A DNA stretch of 64,000 nucleotides, taken from Candidatus Latescibacterota bacterium. Its GTDB lineage: Bacteria; Latescibacterota; CBDEFO01. The position numbers and the translations under genes are program-made. Positions 1-10,035 of this stretch are shown here, piece by piece. Every line of letters starts with the position of its first letter. Position 1 is the stretch's first letter. Where the stretch lies: the NCBI GenBank assembly GCA_965248755.1, contig OZ252149.1, forward strand, positions 2,016,001 to 2,080,000. The letters run 5' to 3'. The notes under the pieces are model-generated. The model was not told where the DNA came from, did not search any database, and worked only from the letters and a program-made list of their open reading frames with translations.

Positions 1-842
1 TTTGCCATATAGGTTTTCCCCGTACCTGGAGGTCCCACAAGGAGCACTCCTTTCGGGATTCTGCCTCCCAATCTTTGAAACTTCTTCGGGTCTTTCAAAA
101 ACTCTATGATCTCCTCTAATTCCTGTTTTGCCTCATCGGCTCCCGCCACGTCCTTAAACGTCACCTTGGGTTTGTCTTCAGCTACTAGCTTTGCTTTGCT
201 CTTTCCGAACGAAAACAATCCCTTTGGCCCCCCCTGCATCTGCCTTAAGAGGAAGAGCCACACGCCGAAGAATATAAACCACGGAAATATCTGAAGCACG
301 ACTCCCAACCAGTTTGAGGACTTCTCCTCAAACCTTATAACGACGCCCCATTTTTCCCACTCCTTAATAGTATCCGAATCCACGATGCCTATATTCACCA
401 CAAAACGGTTTTCATTGTATCTCTTTATCTCCTCTACCCCAGGTTCGTAACTCTCCCTGGGTTCGTAATCTTCCTTCAGCACCCCGTGTACTTCTGCATC
501 TATTATGGTGACTTCAGCGATCATTCCTGACTGGAGCAGTTCCTTGTATTCGCTGTAGTCTATCTCCAACTGCGGCGGATCGCTCTCAAAGAACTTCGTT
601 ACCGCTATGAATATCATCACGATGAGCATCCAGAACAGGAACGTCTTGGACAACTTTCTCCATTTTGGAGGGGGAACCTTCTGATCTCCGGGCTTCCGCG
701 ATTTTTCGTTTAGCGCCTGCTGAAATCTCCCCTCACTTGGCTTCTTTTCGTCCTGACGCTTTCCACGCCGGGGTATACGCGGCATCAGTAATCTTCGCCT
801 TTTGTCCTTTTTATTTTTATCCTCACTATCCGGCCGATTCAT
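1..842 (-). CDS. ftsH: ATP-dependent zinc metalloprotease FtsH, 5' part (runs off the window start)
   Basis: Manual translation from ATG at 842 gives a charged N-terminal extension, two TM segments, then [14 protein letters not shown]...[19 protein letters not shown] (Walker A). Lies directly downstream of tilS. Confidence 0.95.
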   Translation of the reverse strand, partial: MNRPDSEDKNKKDKRRRLLMPRIPRRGKRQDEKKPSEGRFQQALNEKSRKPGDQKVPPPKWRKLSKTFLFWMLIVMIFIAVTKFFESDPPQLEIDYSEYKELLQSGMIAEVTIIDAEVHGVLKEDYEPRESYEPGVEEIKRYNENRFVVNIGIVDSDTIKEWEKWGVVIRFEEKSSNWLGVVLQIFPWFIFFGVWLFLLRQMQGGPKGLFSFGKSKAKLVAEDKPKVTFKDVAGADEAKQELEEIIEFLKDPKKFQRLGGRIPKGVLLVGPPGTGKTYMA

Positions 843-861
843 AAGCTATATTCTCCTGCGC

Positions 862-2262
862 TCAAGCTTCAAAACATGAGGGGCTTTGAAACTCAGCTTC
901 CAAGACTTTCTGTGTCTGTGGACTCACACGTCTGGTTTCATCTATCTTCACGCCTACGACCCACAATATACCATTTTCGTCAGACAGGATTGGGACTTCG
1001 TCCCTCAAAACACGGGGGATCTTCTCATCTATCAAAAGGTTCTTGATCTTTTTGTGACCGTGCATCCCGAAGGGACGCAGCGTATCTTCTGGAAGCGGGC
1101 TCCTGATCTCCAAGCAAGTCCCCACTGAATTCACATCAAACGCCGCCCTATAGGAATCGGAATATTTGTACATCTGGACGTGCCCGGCGAAGGGGACTAT
1201 TCGAGTTCGAAGAGTCGCACCCAACTCGGAGATAGAGGTCTGGCCAGGGAGGTTCACCCTGGTTCTAAAGGGCGGAATCGCCCCTCTCTTAAAGATCAGC
1301 AGTCCCCCTGATCTTTGTACCCCGATTCCTTTTGTAAGATCGACTTTCCTCTTTTTGCCTTCTGCAACCAAGAGAACAGCTTCCACAGATTCAAAGTCCG
1401 ATCTTGCTTCTCCTTCAAAGAGCCGCTCCAGGCATATCCTTATGATGCGTCGTTGTACCGCCACGTGGTAGTCCAAAAGGCGCGCCAGGTTGAGGAAGAT
1501 CTTGCCTTTTAATTCATTTTCTACCACATCCTCAAACACCTTTTGTGAGACGTCATCCAGAAAATCATCTTCATCTTGAAGGATGTGGCCTGTCCTGTCA
1601 AGGATCTTCAAGATATTCCGGCTATAGTCCTCCTCCAAAAGGGGAATTAACTCGTTTCTGATCTTATTTCTGGCAAAGTTGGTATCCGAATTTGACGAAT
1701 CCTCACGAAAGGACAAGCCGCGCTCGGATAGATAGCGTTTTATCTGGTATCTTTCCACGCTCAATAGCGGCCTGATGATGGAGCTTTGCCTCATCGGCCG
1801 TATCCCTCCTAATCCCCGGGCTCCTGTCCCTCTTAAGAGACGCAGCAGTACCGTCTCTGCCTGATCGTTGAGGTTATGACCTGTGGCTATTTTTGAGGCC
1901 CCTACCTCCTCTGCTGCTCTCTGCAAGAAGCGGTATCTGAGAATCCTTGCCCCGTTCTCGGTAGAGACTTTTATCCTTTTCACAAAGGATTTGACATCCT
2001 CTATTCCGACTGCGCATCCTATCCCCATGCTCCCTGCAAGCTCTTCTGCAAAGCGTGCATCCTCATCTGATTCGGCGCCCCTCAGGCTGTGATTCAGATG
2101 AGCCGCGTGGAGTTCTACCTCCAGATCCGTCTTCAGACGGTAGAGTACGTCCAGAAGAGCCACAGAATCGGGTCCACCTGATAGTGCCACCAGAACCTTC
2201 TCTTTGGGCAATATCATATTATGCCTGAGTATAAACGCCCGAACCCTATCTGTGAGTTCCAT
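862..2262 (-). CDS. tilS: tRNA(Ile)-lysidine synthetase
   Basis: SGGPDS PP-loop, HLNHSLRG, TGHNLNDQAET, RPLL, EDSSN and RNKIR motifs; C-terminal TilS_C-like region. Confidence 0.96.
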   Translation of the reverse strand: MELTDRVRAFILRHNMILPKEKVLVALSGGPDSVALLDVLYRLKTDLEVELHAAHLNHSLRGAESDEDARFAEELAGSMGIGCAVGIEDVKSFVKRIKVSTENGARILRYRFLQRAAEEVGASKIATGHNLNDQAETVLLRLLRGTGARGLGGIRPMRQSSIIRPLLSVERYQIKRYLSERGLSFREDSSNSDTNFARNKIRNELIPLLEEDYSRNILKILDRTGHILQDEDDFLDDVSQKVFEDVVENELKGKIFLNLARLLDYHVAVQRRIIRICLERLFEGEARSDFESVEAVLLVAEGKKRKVDLTKGIGVQRSGGLLIFKRGAIPPFRTRVNLPGQTSISELGATLRTRIVPFAGHVQMYKYSDSYRAAFDVNSVGTCLEIRSPLPEDTLRPFGMHGHKKIKNLLIDEKIPRVLRDEVPILSDENGILWVVGVKIDETRRVSPQTQKVLEAEFQSPSCFEA

Positions 2263-2460
2263 CTGTCTTGCACCTCAGACAAAAAGCGGTCCTGCTAAAG
2301 CCATAATAGTAGGATTGCCAATGCTATCCCCACACTTTATCAAAAAGCATCCTTACTATTCAATATACGATAGATATATAGGAAAGTCAACTTTAAAAAT
2401 GGGGATGCAGCCCAGATTTGTGAGGGCTTCAAGATTCTGCAAGGCTATTTCCTTTTGCAG

Positions 2461-2489
2461 TTGACTTCGGATTGCAGCTTTCATATATT
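2461..2489 (+). promoter_or_regulatory. Putative sigma70 promoter
   Basis: TTGACT-17 bp-TATATT, about 60 bp upstream of the ORF at 2549. Confidence 0.5.
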
Positions 2490-2548
2490 CTCTCAGTGAA
2501 GAATTGATCCGATCTAACCGCCCCTCTTCCGGGAGAGGTCATCGCCCT

Positions 2549-2827
2549 ATGTCTGAGCGGAAACAAAAACGGGATTTCAGCGAAGACGACGCTATACTCG
2601 AACAATTGGAAGATCCTGTAGACATTGAGGCCTTCCGCAATCTGATGGAACACGCGCATAATATGAAGAAAAGCGCCACTTCCTTCATAAGAGAAGAGCC
2701 AGAAAGGACATCCAGAAAGGCTATCCGAGATTTGTGTCTCAAAGATAAGAAGAAGGTCTTTAAAGAGAGAGTCAAGAGCTATTTTAAGAAACTATGGCCT
2801 CAGCCTCAGAGGCAAAATGAACGATAA
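2549..2827 (+). CDS. Small charged hypothetical protein
   Basis: ATG at 2549 follows GGGAGAGG; the 92-aa ORF overlaps the start of the next gene. Confidence 0.55.
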   Translation: MSERKQKRDFSEDDAILEQLEDPVDIEAFRNLMEHAHNMKKSATSFIREEPERTSRKAIRDLCLKDKKKVFKERVKSYFKKLWPQPQRQNER

Positions 2828-3818
2828 CTACGAAGTCGAAATAATGGACGATTGGAAAACGTGGGATCAGTTTGTAAAAGATTCGCCCGGCGGGACCGTC
2901 TTTTCCACGTCCGCATGGCTCTCTGCCGCTCGTAAATCCACAGGTGGGGACATAGTTATCTACGGGTGCTACAAGAAGGGCAACCTCATTGCAGGGTGCT
3001 CAGGTCTCAGAACAAAGAAAGCTCGGTTGGACAGATTCACTACGCCCATCTTAACTCCATATGGAGGATTTATATACGCTCACATTCCCGCCATACGTGC
3101 TGCGAAAGTAGAAGCCGAACGCCAGAAAGCCACCGCGGGCATAATCACCAGATTGGAGAGTGACTTCGACTACATCCTCCTTTCTCACTCCCCGGACATA
3201 GAAGATATCCGGGAATTTATCTGGAGAGACTGGCAAATTCTGGTCAAATACACGTACAGAATAGATCTTTCTGAAGCTGACAAGTTGTGGAGTGCATTTG
3301 AGAACCGAACGAACACTGTCATAAGAAAGGCCCAAAAGAACTGCTTTTCCATTCATCAAAAAGACGATCTTAATCTCTTCATTTGTCAATATAAAATGAT
3401 CTATGAAAAAAGGCGCTTACAGCCTGTCCCCGATAGGATCGTAGATGTCTTCCACAGAGCCGCTCAGGAGTCGGGTCTTTGCAGTATGTACACAGCGGAA
3501 GAACCATCGGGTGCCACCGTCTCGACTGTGGTCTTCGTGCAGGGCTTCGAGACACTCTACGCATGGATAGCGGGAGCCGACCCGGAATACAACAGCAGTG
3601 GGGCGACCTCGCTCCTGTACTCGGAAGTCTTTAAAGAGATGTCTTCTCAGTGTCATAGTTTCGATTTTGTGGGGGCGAACATCCCTTCAATCGCCAAATT
3701 CAAACGCGGATTTGGAGGAGTCTTGACTCCCTACTACGTCACGGAGAAATATACATCCTCCATGTCAAAAGCTATCTTGAAAACTGGACGCAAGATTAAG
3801 TCCCTGACGCGCCGTTGA
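2817..3818 (+). CDS. GNAT-fold acyltransferase (FemAB/CelD-BcsL-like)
   Basis: WDQFV..SPGGTVFST, IRKAQK and FDFVGANIPSIAKFKRGFGG patterns. Confidence 0.8.
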   Translation: MNDNYEVEIMDDWKTWDQFVKDSPGGTVFSTSAWLSAARKSTGGDIVIYGCYKKGNLIAGCSGLRTKKARLDRFTTPILTPYGGFIYAHIPAIRAAKVEAERQKATAGIITRLESDFDYILLSHSPDIEDIREFIWRDWQILVKYTYRIDLSEADKLWSAFENRTNTVIRKAQKNCFSIHQKDDLNLFICQYKMIYEKRRLQPVPDRIVDVFHRAAQESGLCSMYTAEEPSGATVSTVVFVQGFETLYAWIAGADPEYNSSGATSLLYSEVFKEMSSQCHSFDFVGANIPSIAKFKRGFGGVLTPYYVTEKYTSSMSKAILKTGRKIKSLTRR

Positions 3819-3974
3819 CCCAGCAAGCCCCTGATCCGATGAAAAAGAATAGAATGCCTATGCTCGTTCTCTGGTTGAGATCGCTTGACGATAAAGATAA
3901 GTCGATTCTATCATTGCATTAGTTTACGATAGCTTGGAGATGAGGTTACCGCGACCTTAGAGGGAGGTTAAACT

Positions 3975-4391
3975 ATGAGTCAGTCGTTCCACGTAAGAGG
4001 TGTCCATTTAGAAGTGGAGTGCCGAGTCTTTGGAAGCGACAGAGGCCCGGACTTAAAGTCTTTGGGGAGGTCGAGGGGAAAAGAGTTCAACTCCTTAGAT
4101 TCTACTGCTTCGAGAAAGATCCGCACTATCACTTTGACCCCATCGGAAAAGACGATAAGAGGGATCTGGATAAGGGGGAAGTCCCCGACCCTGTTGCGTG
4201 GACTCTGGAGCAGTTGAGTAGCAATCTACTCTCTATGAATCCAGACGGCAGGATATAAGGATTTCGCATCGAGCGTGGATCAGGATGCAGTGGCTGCAGC
4301 TCTGCCACAGGTGGAGGCAGCTATCAGAGCCTCTATCCCCGAAGAAGAGGACAACGTTTTCAACTCTAATGCACCACGGAGATCAGCGTGA
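3975..4391 (+). pseudogene. Frameshifted conserved hypothetical protein
   Basis: Strong RBS (GGGAGG). Three segments join into one protein via a missing base near 4047 and an extra base near 4237: MSQSFHVRG..DRGP / GLKVFGEVEG..LLRFYCFEKDPHYHF..SM / IQTAGYKDFASSVDQDAVAAALPQVEAAIR..*. The final TGA overlaps the GTG start of the next gene. Confidence 0.65.
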
Positions 4392-5359
4392 AAGCGGCTC
4401 AGATTGTGGGACCACAAAGATTTGAGATCGTGGATGTAGCAAAGCCTGATGTTTCCAGCGCTAAGGACGGGAGCGTGCTGGTTAAAGTCGATAAGGCTGC
4501 GATATGCGGCACCGATGTGCCCGAGTTTGCCTTTGAACATCCGGCCTCCGAATACCCTCTTGCCCCCGGGGCCTCGATCCACGAATGCGTGGGCGTTATC
4601 GCCCAGAGCAGATCTAAAGAATTCAAGGAAGGCGACGAAGTCCTATCTCTCCCAACGGGTCCGGGCGGACTGATGGAGTACTTTCCCTCGGACGAAGATT
4701 ACACCGTGCATCTCCCAAGGTACGAAAAGAAGGAGCATATAGTCCTATCCCAACCCTTGGGAACGATAATATGGGCGTTCCGGAAGTTGGAGAATATCAT
4801 CCATTGGAACGTAGTAGTAGTCGGTCAGGGCCCCATTGGACTTTTGATGGACAGCCTGCTCAGCAATTTGGGCGCAAAGAGGATCATCGCCCTCGATTTG
4901 CTGGATTACCGCCTGGACGTCGCTTTGCAGATGGGAGCCACGCATACTGTGAATGTCATAAGGGAAGACGCCATCCAAAGGGTAAGAGATATTACAGACG
5001 GAAAGATGGCAGATCTTGTCATAGAGGCTGTGGGACACCAGACGGGCACGATCAATACATGTCTGGATCTGGTAAAGCATGAGGGCACATTGCTCTGCTT
5101 CGGAGTGCCGGACAAATCTGTGTACGATTTCAAATACGAGAATTTCTTGAGGAAGAATCTCAGGATGGTGGGTTCTGGAGGCCCGGAGGTAAAAAGAGAT
5201 TTCCCGCTGGCGATAGATATGATAGTGCAGGGCAGGATAGATGTATCTCCTATAGTCACCCATGTTATGCCCTTCGATGAGGTTCAAAGGGGCTTCGAGA
5301 TCTTTTCGAATAGGACAGATGGCGCAATCAAAGTCGTATTGGACTACAACAGCATTTAA
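4388..5359 (+). CDS. Zinc-binding (MDR family) dehydrogenase
   Basis: AAICGTD, HECVG, GQGPIG and ADLVIEAVG motifs. Confidence 0.9.
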   Translation: MKAAQIVGPQRFEIVDVAKPDVSSAKDGSVLVKVDKAAICGTDVPEFAFEHPASEYPLAPGASIHECVGVIAQSRSKEFKEGDEVLSLPTGPGGLMEYFPSDEDYTVHLPRYEKKEHIVLSQPLGTIIWAFRKLENIIHWNVVVVGQGPIGLLMDSLLSNLGAKRIIALDLLDYRLDVALQMGATHTVNVIREDAIQRVRDITDGKMADLVIEAVGHQTGTINTCLDLVKHEGTLLCFGVPDKSVYDFKYENFLRKNLRMVGSGGPEVKRDFPLAIDMIVQGRIDVSPIVTHVMPFDEVQRGFEIFSNRTDGAIKVVLDYNSI

Positions 5360-5378
5360 AATGTAAGCGAAGGAGAGA

Positions 5379-5412
5379 GCTGAGGCGAAGACAGTGGGGT
5401 CTTAGCCTCAGC
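5379..5412. other. Intergenic stem-loop
   Basis: GCTGAGGCGAAGAC / GTCTTAGCCTCAGC inverted repeat between co-oriented genes; no clear U-tract. Confidence 0.45.
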
Positions 5413-5446
5413 CTTTGCCTTAGCCTTCCAAAGAAAGGACATTTAC

Positions 5447-6568
5447 GTGAAGACCTACAATTTCGGAGGAGGATCTCCCGACCCGGGGTCTTTTCCCTCA
5501 GTCGAGCTTGCCTCTGCGGCTACCAGGATTCTGCCCCAGATAGGACATAGCCTTGTCCTCTACCCGGACTCTAAAGGATACCTCGGCTTGAGGGAGGTCG
5601 CATCCTTAAGGTTCTACAGGCGCGAAGGCGCCGAACTTCCTCCCGACAACATAGTCCTGACTACAGGCTCGATGCAGGCGATAAGCCTTATCACCCAGAC
5701 CTTTGTGAACAGGGGGGAACCTGTGATCACTGAGGAATTCACTTACTCAGGAACGCTCAGAGCCTTCAGGCACTACGGCGCGGATATTGTGGGAATCCCG
5801 CTCGATGAGGACGGGATGAGGATGGACGAACTCGAAGGTGCCCTGAGCGATTTAAAGGATCAGGGGAAAAACCCCAAGTTCATATACACCATCGGCACAA
5901 ATCAGAATCCCACAGGTTCGGTTATGCCCCTCGGTCGCAGGAAAGAGCTACTGGACATAGCGCGTAATCACGATGTTATGGTAGTTGAGGACAACTGCTA
6001 CGGCGATCTGCGCTTTGAAGGTGAGAACGTCTCGTCCCTGTACGCTATGGACGACACAAAGTCTACACTTTATCTCGCCTCCTTCTCCAAGATAATGGGG
6101 CCGGGCATCAGATTGGGATACTTCGCCGCCTCTGAAGAGATCATACAGAGGATAATAAGCAATAAGATAGACGGCGGGACGACGGCGCTTGCAAGCTGCA
6201 TCTTGGCCGAATATCTCAAGGAGAATCTCTGGACTCATATCAAGGAAGTGTGCGGCATCTTCAAGGGAAAGCGTGATGTAATGTTCCAGGAGTTGGAGGA
6301 AACTTTAGGCGGCTACTGTACGTGGAGCCGTCCCACCGGGGGCCTCTTTATATGGATTAAATTGCCAGAAAGTGTAGATATATCCGGAGTAGAAAAACTG
6401 GTTGCGGGCAAAGGAATCAACTGCCCTATGGGGAGGTCGTTTTACTCCAAGGATGAGGATATAAATTACGTTAGGCTCTCCTTTGGCTACCCCTCGCACG
6501 ATGACATAAGGGAAGGTGTACGGCTGTTGGCGGAGTGCATAAGGGCTTCTGATAGGGTGATGGTGTAG
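5447..6568 (+). CDS. PLP-dependent aminotransferase, class I/II (ARO8/LysN-like)
   Basis: QNPTG, EDNCYGDL, SFSKIMGPGIRLGY (PLP lysine) and RLSF motifs. Confidence 0.92.
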   Translation: MKTYNFGGGSPDPGSFPSVELASAATRILPQIGHSLVLYPDSKGYLGLREVASLRFYRREGAELPPDNIVLTTGSMQAISLITQTFVNRGEPVITEEFTYSGTLRAFRHYGADIVGIPLDEDGMRMDELEGALSDLKDQGKNPKFIYTIGTNQNPTGSVMPLGRRKELLDIARNHDVMVVEDNCYGDLRFEGENVSSLYAMDDTKSTLYLASFSKIMGPGIRLGYFAASEEIIQRIISNKIDGGTTALASCILAEYLKENLWTHIKEVCGIFKGKRDVMFQELEETLGGYCTWSRPTGGLFIWIKLPESVDISGVEKLVAGKGINCPMGRSFYSKDEDINYVRLSFGYPSHDDIREGVRLLAECIRASDRVMV

Positions 6569-6593
6569 GTGATATACCATTGAGAGGTCATCC

Positions 6594-6746
6594 GTGAAGA
6601 AGAAATTTGATGCGGTTAAATTTCAGCGGAAGGTTACCGAAGAATTGAGCAAAAAGTGCTTATCTGATCGTGAGGGATTCCTTCGTGAACTCAAAGAAAA
6701 ATATGGCCACTTGAAAAAACGGAAGACCGGTACGCGCTCCCAATAA
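6594..6746 (+). CDS. 50-aa basic protein resembling small antitoxin-like partners of PIN toxins
   Basis: GAGAGG RBS and GTG start; MKKKFDAVKFQRKVTEELSKKCLSDREGFLRELKEKYGHLKKRKTGTRSQ. Below the ORF-track cutoff. Confidence 0.55.
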   Translation: MKKKFDAVKFQRKVTEELSKKCLSDREGFLRELKEKYGHLKKRKTGTRSQ

Positions 6747-6805
6747 CACCTTTCCCAAAAGTGTAAAACTTTTCGGACTTAAATCAGATCCCTTAATACA
6801 CAGAC
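6747..6805 (+). repeat. 59-bp direct repeat, copy 1
   Basis: Shares the identical core TTTCGGACTTAAATCAGAT and similar flanks with 7457-7515. Confidence 0.8.
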
Positions 6806-6915
6806 TTCCAGACAGGAGTCCGTTTGCAAGGAGTCGAGACTTTTTCTGTGCATAAATATACTTAGGCGAAGCGGCGCGCCCAAGGTAAAACACAAAACAA
6901 GAAGGAGAAAGAACT

Positions 6916-7350
6916 ATGCGTAGAAATGTAAAAACCATTGTTACGCTAATATTGGTGGCTGTTATAGCTCTTTTCCTATCAGTCAATGTTCCTCAAGGTA
7001 AGGAAAAGGGTAAGATGCTATATCTCGTAACCATGGAAAGTGTTGAAACTGGTGAGATGCATCCCCCTCAGCAGACTATACAGTTTGTGGAGCAGATGGT
7101 TATTCCCACTCTGGAGACTTTAGCAAAACTGGAAGCTGAGAAGAAAATCCTGGCTGGAGGGATTGTGGCTGGAGCCAGGGCCGGTGTGTTTATCGTGCAG
7201 GCATCATCCAACGAGGAGTTAAGTCGTCTATTGCAGAGCTTGCCTATTTGGGGCATAATGAAAGTAGATGTAACCCCTCTGCAAAGCTTCAAGGATCGGA
7301 CTGATCAAGATCGTCAGCTGATTGAGCATCTTAAGGCAGTTTTGAAGTAA
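6916..7350 (+). CDS. Exported protein with muconolactone-isomerase-like (dimeric alpha/beta barrel) domain
   Basis: AAGGAG RBS; N-terminal signal/TM segment; GKILAGG..GARAGVFIVQASSNEELSRLLQSLPIW..VDVTPL-type pattern. Confidence 0.6.
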   Translation: MRRNVKTIVTLILVAVIALFLSVNVPQGKEKGKMLYLVTMESVETGEMHPPQQTIQFVEQMVIPTLETLAKLEAEKKILAGGIVAGARAGVFIVQASSNEELSRLLQSLPIWGIMKVDVTPLQSFKDRTDQDRQLIEHLKAVLK

Positions 7351-7442
7351 GGGATACTGTGTTTAGGAACTGCAATATTCTCCGTTAAAAGCGACCGAGC
7401 GCGCCGAACAGCCTAACTTGGTTTAAAAGGCGGAAATCAAAC

Positions 7443-8198
7443 ATGAGATTTCCCACCATCTTCCTGAAGAGTGCCGAACCTTTCGGACTTAAATCAGATT
7501 CCTTGATGCATAGACATGCGTATAAGTTGAACTGTCGGACTGAATGGCAAACTTTAGCCGAAAGATCCACAGAGCAAGAGATCAAACTCGTGCGATGGTC
7601 AACGCTTTACGCAAAGGGCTATCCGCTGTGGCTGAAGCTGATAGGTCCCACGGGCTACCACAAGTTGATTCAAGAGACCGCCGAAATGCTCGATAGAGCG
7701 CCTTCGAGTATGCTAGATCTGGGTACAGGAACAGGGCTGGTGGCGAAGACATTTGCCAAAATGTATCCAAAAGCAGATGTTGTAGCAGTTGACCTTTCGT
7801 ATAATATTTTGAAAGCGGCAGAGGCAGAGGATAGCTTTCAGGATAGATTGAAACTTATTCAGACGAGCGCACTTGCACTGCCATTTGACAGTGAAACTTT
7901 TGAGATCGTGACATCTTTTGGCGTGCTGTGCCACATCGTAGAGCCACAGATGGCCATCAAAGAGATAGGGCGCGTCCTCTGTAACGGTGGGGAAATTATC
8001 CTCTGGACAAGAGGAACGGGAGTTATCTCACGCTTTCTGAAGATCTCCTTCCCTATTGTAAGCGGAGGTTCGAAGTTCGTTCTTTACTCCCAAAAGGAGC
8101 TTAATAATTACTTTGCAGAGGCGGGGTTTAAAGATATTATCGTCTGCAATGCAGCCCACGGTCTTTTGGTAACGGCGATCAAAGCTTATGCCCTTTGA
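7443..8198 (+). CDS. Class I SAM-dependent methyltransferase (UbiE-like); true start probably downstream of 7515
   Basis: LDLGTGTG, VAVDLS, ALPFDSETFE and EIGRVL motifs. Confidence 0.85.
   Translation: MRFPTIFLKSAEPFGLKSDSLMHRHAYKLNCRTEWQTLAERSTEQEIKLVRWSTLYAKGYPLWLKLIGPTGYHKLIQETAEMLDRAPSSMLDLGTGTGLVAKTFAKMYPKADVVAVDLSYNILKAAEAEDSFQDRLKLIQTSALALPFDSETFEIVTSFGVLCHIVEPQMAIKEIGRVLCNGGEIILWTRGTGVISRFLKISFPIVSGGSKFVLYSQKELNNYFAEAGFKDIIVCNAAHGLLVTAIKAYAL
7457..7515 (+). repeat. 59-bp direct repeat, copy 2
   Basis: Matches 6747-6805. Confidence 0.8.
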
Positions 8199-9363
8199 CG
8201 GTTCCTGTGCGTACAGTCACGTAGAAAATCTCTCCTTCCCGAGGCGGACAGGAAGCCAGGGAGGGGACCGAGCCGCAACATATATACTCGACTTCTTTAA
8301 AGACATAGGTCTGAACGTCGAAGTTCAGGAGTTCCGATTCTCGACAACACCTCACAGATTAGGGTGGAGCACAGCACCGCTTTTTTTGAGCTTCGTCGGC
8401 ATAATCGCTGTCTTTTTACTGCCGAATATGAGGCCGATCTCAGGCGTTTTGTGCACAGCTATCCTCTTTTCAATATGCGCTACGAGCAGGTGGAATGGAC
8501 TTGTGGAGAAGATATTCAACATCGGACCTGAAAAAACAGCGCGCAACATCATCGCCCGAAGGACTTCAGCAAGTAAGGAAGTGGAGTTAATATTTGTCGC
8601 TCACTACGACTCCAAGTCCCAGCCTTTATCCCTTGTCGTCAGGTTTCTATTATTCTTCAGCGGTGTTCTTCTTATTTTGGGCGTCTGTCTTGCTGTAATT
8701 ATCTCAGCGATTATGGGAGATATAGTCCTCCCCTACGATTTCTTGAGGTGGACAGCGTTTGCGTCTTTTATCTTATTCTTACCGCTTTCGGCGATAAGAT
8801 CTAAGAACGGATCGCCGGGAGCACTGGACAACGGATCGGGGGTGGGTATACTTTTAGAACTTGCAAGGTGCACAGAGGAGCTGGATCTCGAAAGGACGAA
8901 TTTAACGTTTCTGACTACAGGTGCTGAAGAGGAGGGCATGGTCGGGGCGATGAGATATATTCAAAGGAAAGAGGACAGCTTGGAGGTAGAGAACACATTT
9001 TTTGTCAACTATGAGATGATCGGAGTAGGAGACAAACTGTCGTTGATCACTGCTCACGGAGTCCCTCCTGTTCGGACAGCTAAACGGTTGAGCAAAATAG
9101 GCATTCGTGCCGCAGAGCAGGAAAGATTACGGGTTTTGCGATCCTATCTTCCGTTCGGAGCGGGAATGGACCACATGCCGATAGCTTGGAGAGGATTCGA
9201 CGCTATCACCCTGTTGGGAGAGAAGTTCAACCGACCCTTTTTCAGAGCTCATTCTCCCAGAGATACCCCGGATGGTATAGATCCCAAAGCATTAGAGAGG
9301 GCAGGAAGATTAGGACTTCGCATAGCACAATTACTAGACTCAATGCCGCCGGGGATAAGATGA
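8188..9363 (+). CDS. Membrane-embedded M28 family peptidase
   Basis: AHYDSK, GALDNGSG, GAEEEG, DH and H metal/catalytic motifs interrupted by TM helices. Confidence 0.88.
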   Translation: MPFDGSCAYSHVENLSFPRRTGSQGGDRAATYILDFFKDIGLNVEVQEFRFSTTPHRLGWSTAPLFLSFVGIIAVFLLPNMRPISGVLCTAILFSICATSRWNGLVEKIFNIGPEKTARNIIARRTSASKEVELIFVAHYDSKSQPLSLVVRFLLFFSGVLLILGVCLAVIISAIMGDIVLPYDFLRWTAFASFILFLPLSAIRSKNGSPGALDNGSGVGILLELARCTEELDLERTNLTFLTTGAEEEGMVGAMRYIQRKEDSLEVENTFFVNYEMIGVGDKLSLITAHGVPPVRTAKRLSKIGIRAAEQERLRVLRSYLPFGAGMDHMPIAWRGFDAITLLGEKFNRPFFRAHSPRDTPDGIDPKALERAGRLGLRIAQLLDSMPPGIR

Positions 9364-10022
9364 AGACACCTGCAAAAAAGGCATATTTTCCACTGATTGA
9401 AAGCGTCTTTCTGTTATCCTACATCTTCGTCTTTATCTGGATAGTTCATCCTCTGCAGAATCTGCTCTTGAGCTTTTTCGTGGTGATCTTTGCAATCGCA
9501 TTCACAGTTGTGTCCCATCTGATCCATAACGAGAGCTTAAAGAGCATAGGCATCAGGACGGACAACATTCCAGATTCCTTGAAAGAGGTGGGGATATTCA
9601 CGCTGATCTCAGCAGCTATCCTAATAGTGGGAGGAATAGGCCTCAAAGGGATGCACATAGACGATCGTCTCTTTATACTCCCTTTTGGATATTTCCTCTG
9701 GGCGTTCTTCCAGCAGTACTTCTTTCAGTCCTTCTTTAACAACAGATTAAAGGACGCCTTCGGAGACGTCCGCTGGACGGCCCTTTTGAACGCTTTTATA
9801 TTCGGCTCAGTGCACTGGCCCAATCTATTCTTATCCTCAGTAACATTCGTAGCGGGCATCTTCTGGTCTTTCTCCTTTCGAAAAAACCCTAATCTTGTGA
9901 CAATTTCGATTTCTCACACCATATTAGCTGTGATGCTCTTATACTTGCTGCCAGAATCCGTAACCCATCGTCTCTATATCGGACCATATTACTATCAGAG
10001 GCTCCAAATGAGCACGCCGTAA
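9360..10022 (+). CDS. CPBP (CAAX/Abi) intramembrane protease-like protein
   Basis: ATGA overlap with the upstream stop; multi-TM; QQYFFQ (where EExxxR is usual), FGSVHWPN and SHTIL motifs. Confidence 0.75.
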   Translation: MKTPAKKAYFPLIESVFLLSYIFVFIWIVHPLQNLLLSFFVVIFAIAFTVVSHLIHNESLKSIGIRTDNIPDSLKEVGIFTLISAAILIVGGIGLKGMHIDDRLFILPFGYFLWAFFQQYFFQSFFNNRLKDAFGDVRWTALLNAFIFGSVHWPNLFLSSVTFVAGIFWSFSFRKNPNLVTISISHTILAVMLLYLLPESVTHRLYIGPYYYQRLQMSTP

Positions 10023-10035
10023 AGGAGGAATTAGA

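Noticed and set aside
438..472. Short tandem duplication in ftsH ([12 protein letters not shown])
   Set aside because: An in-frame micro-duplication in the variable periplasmic region; unremarkable.
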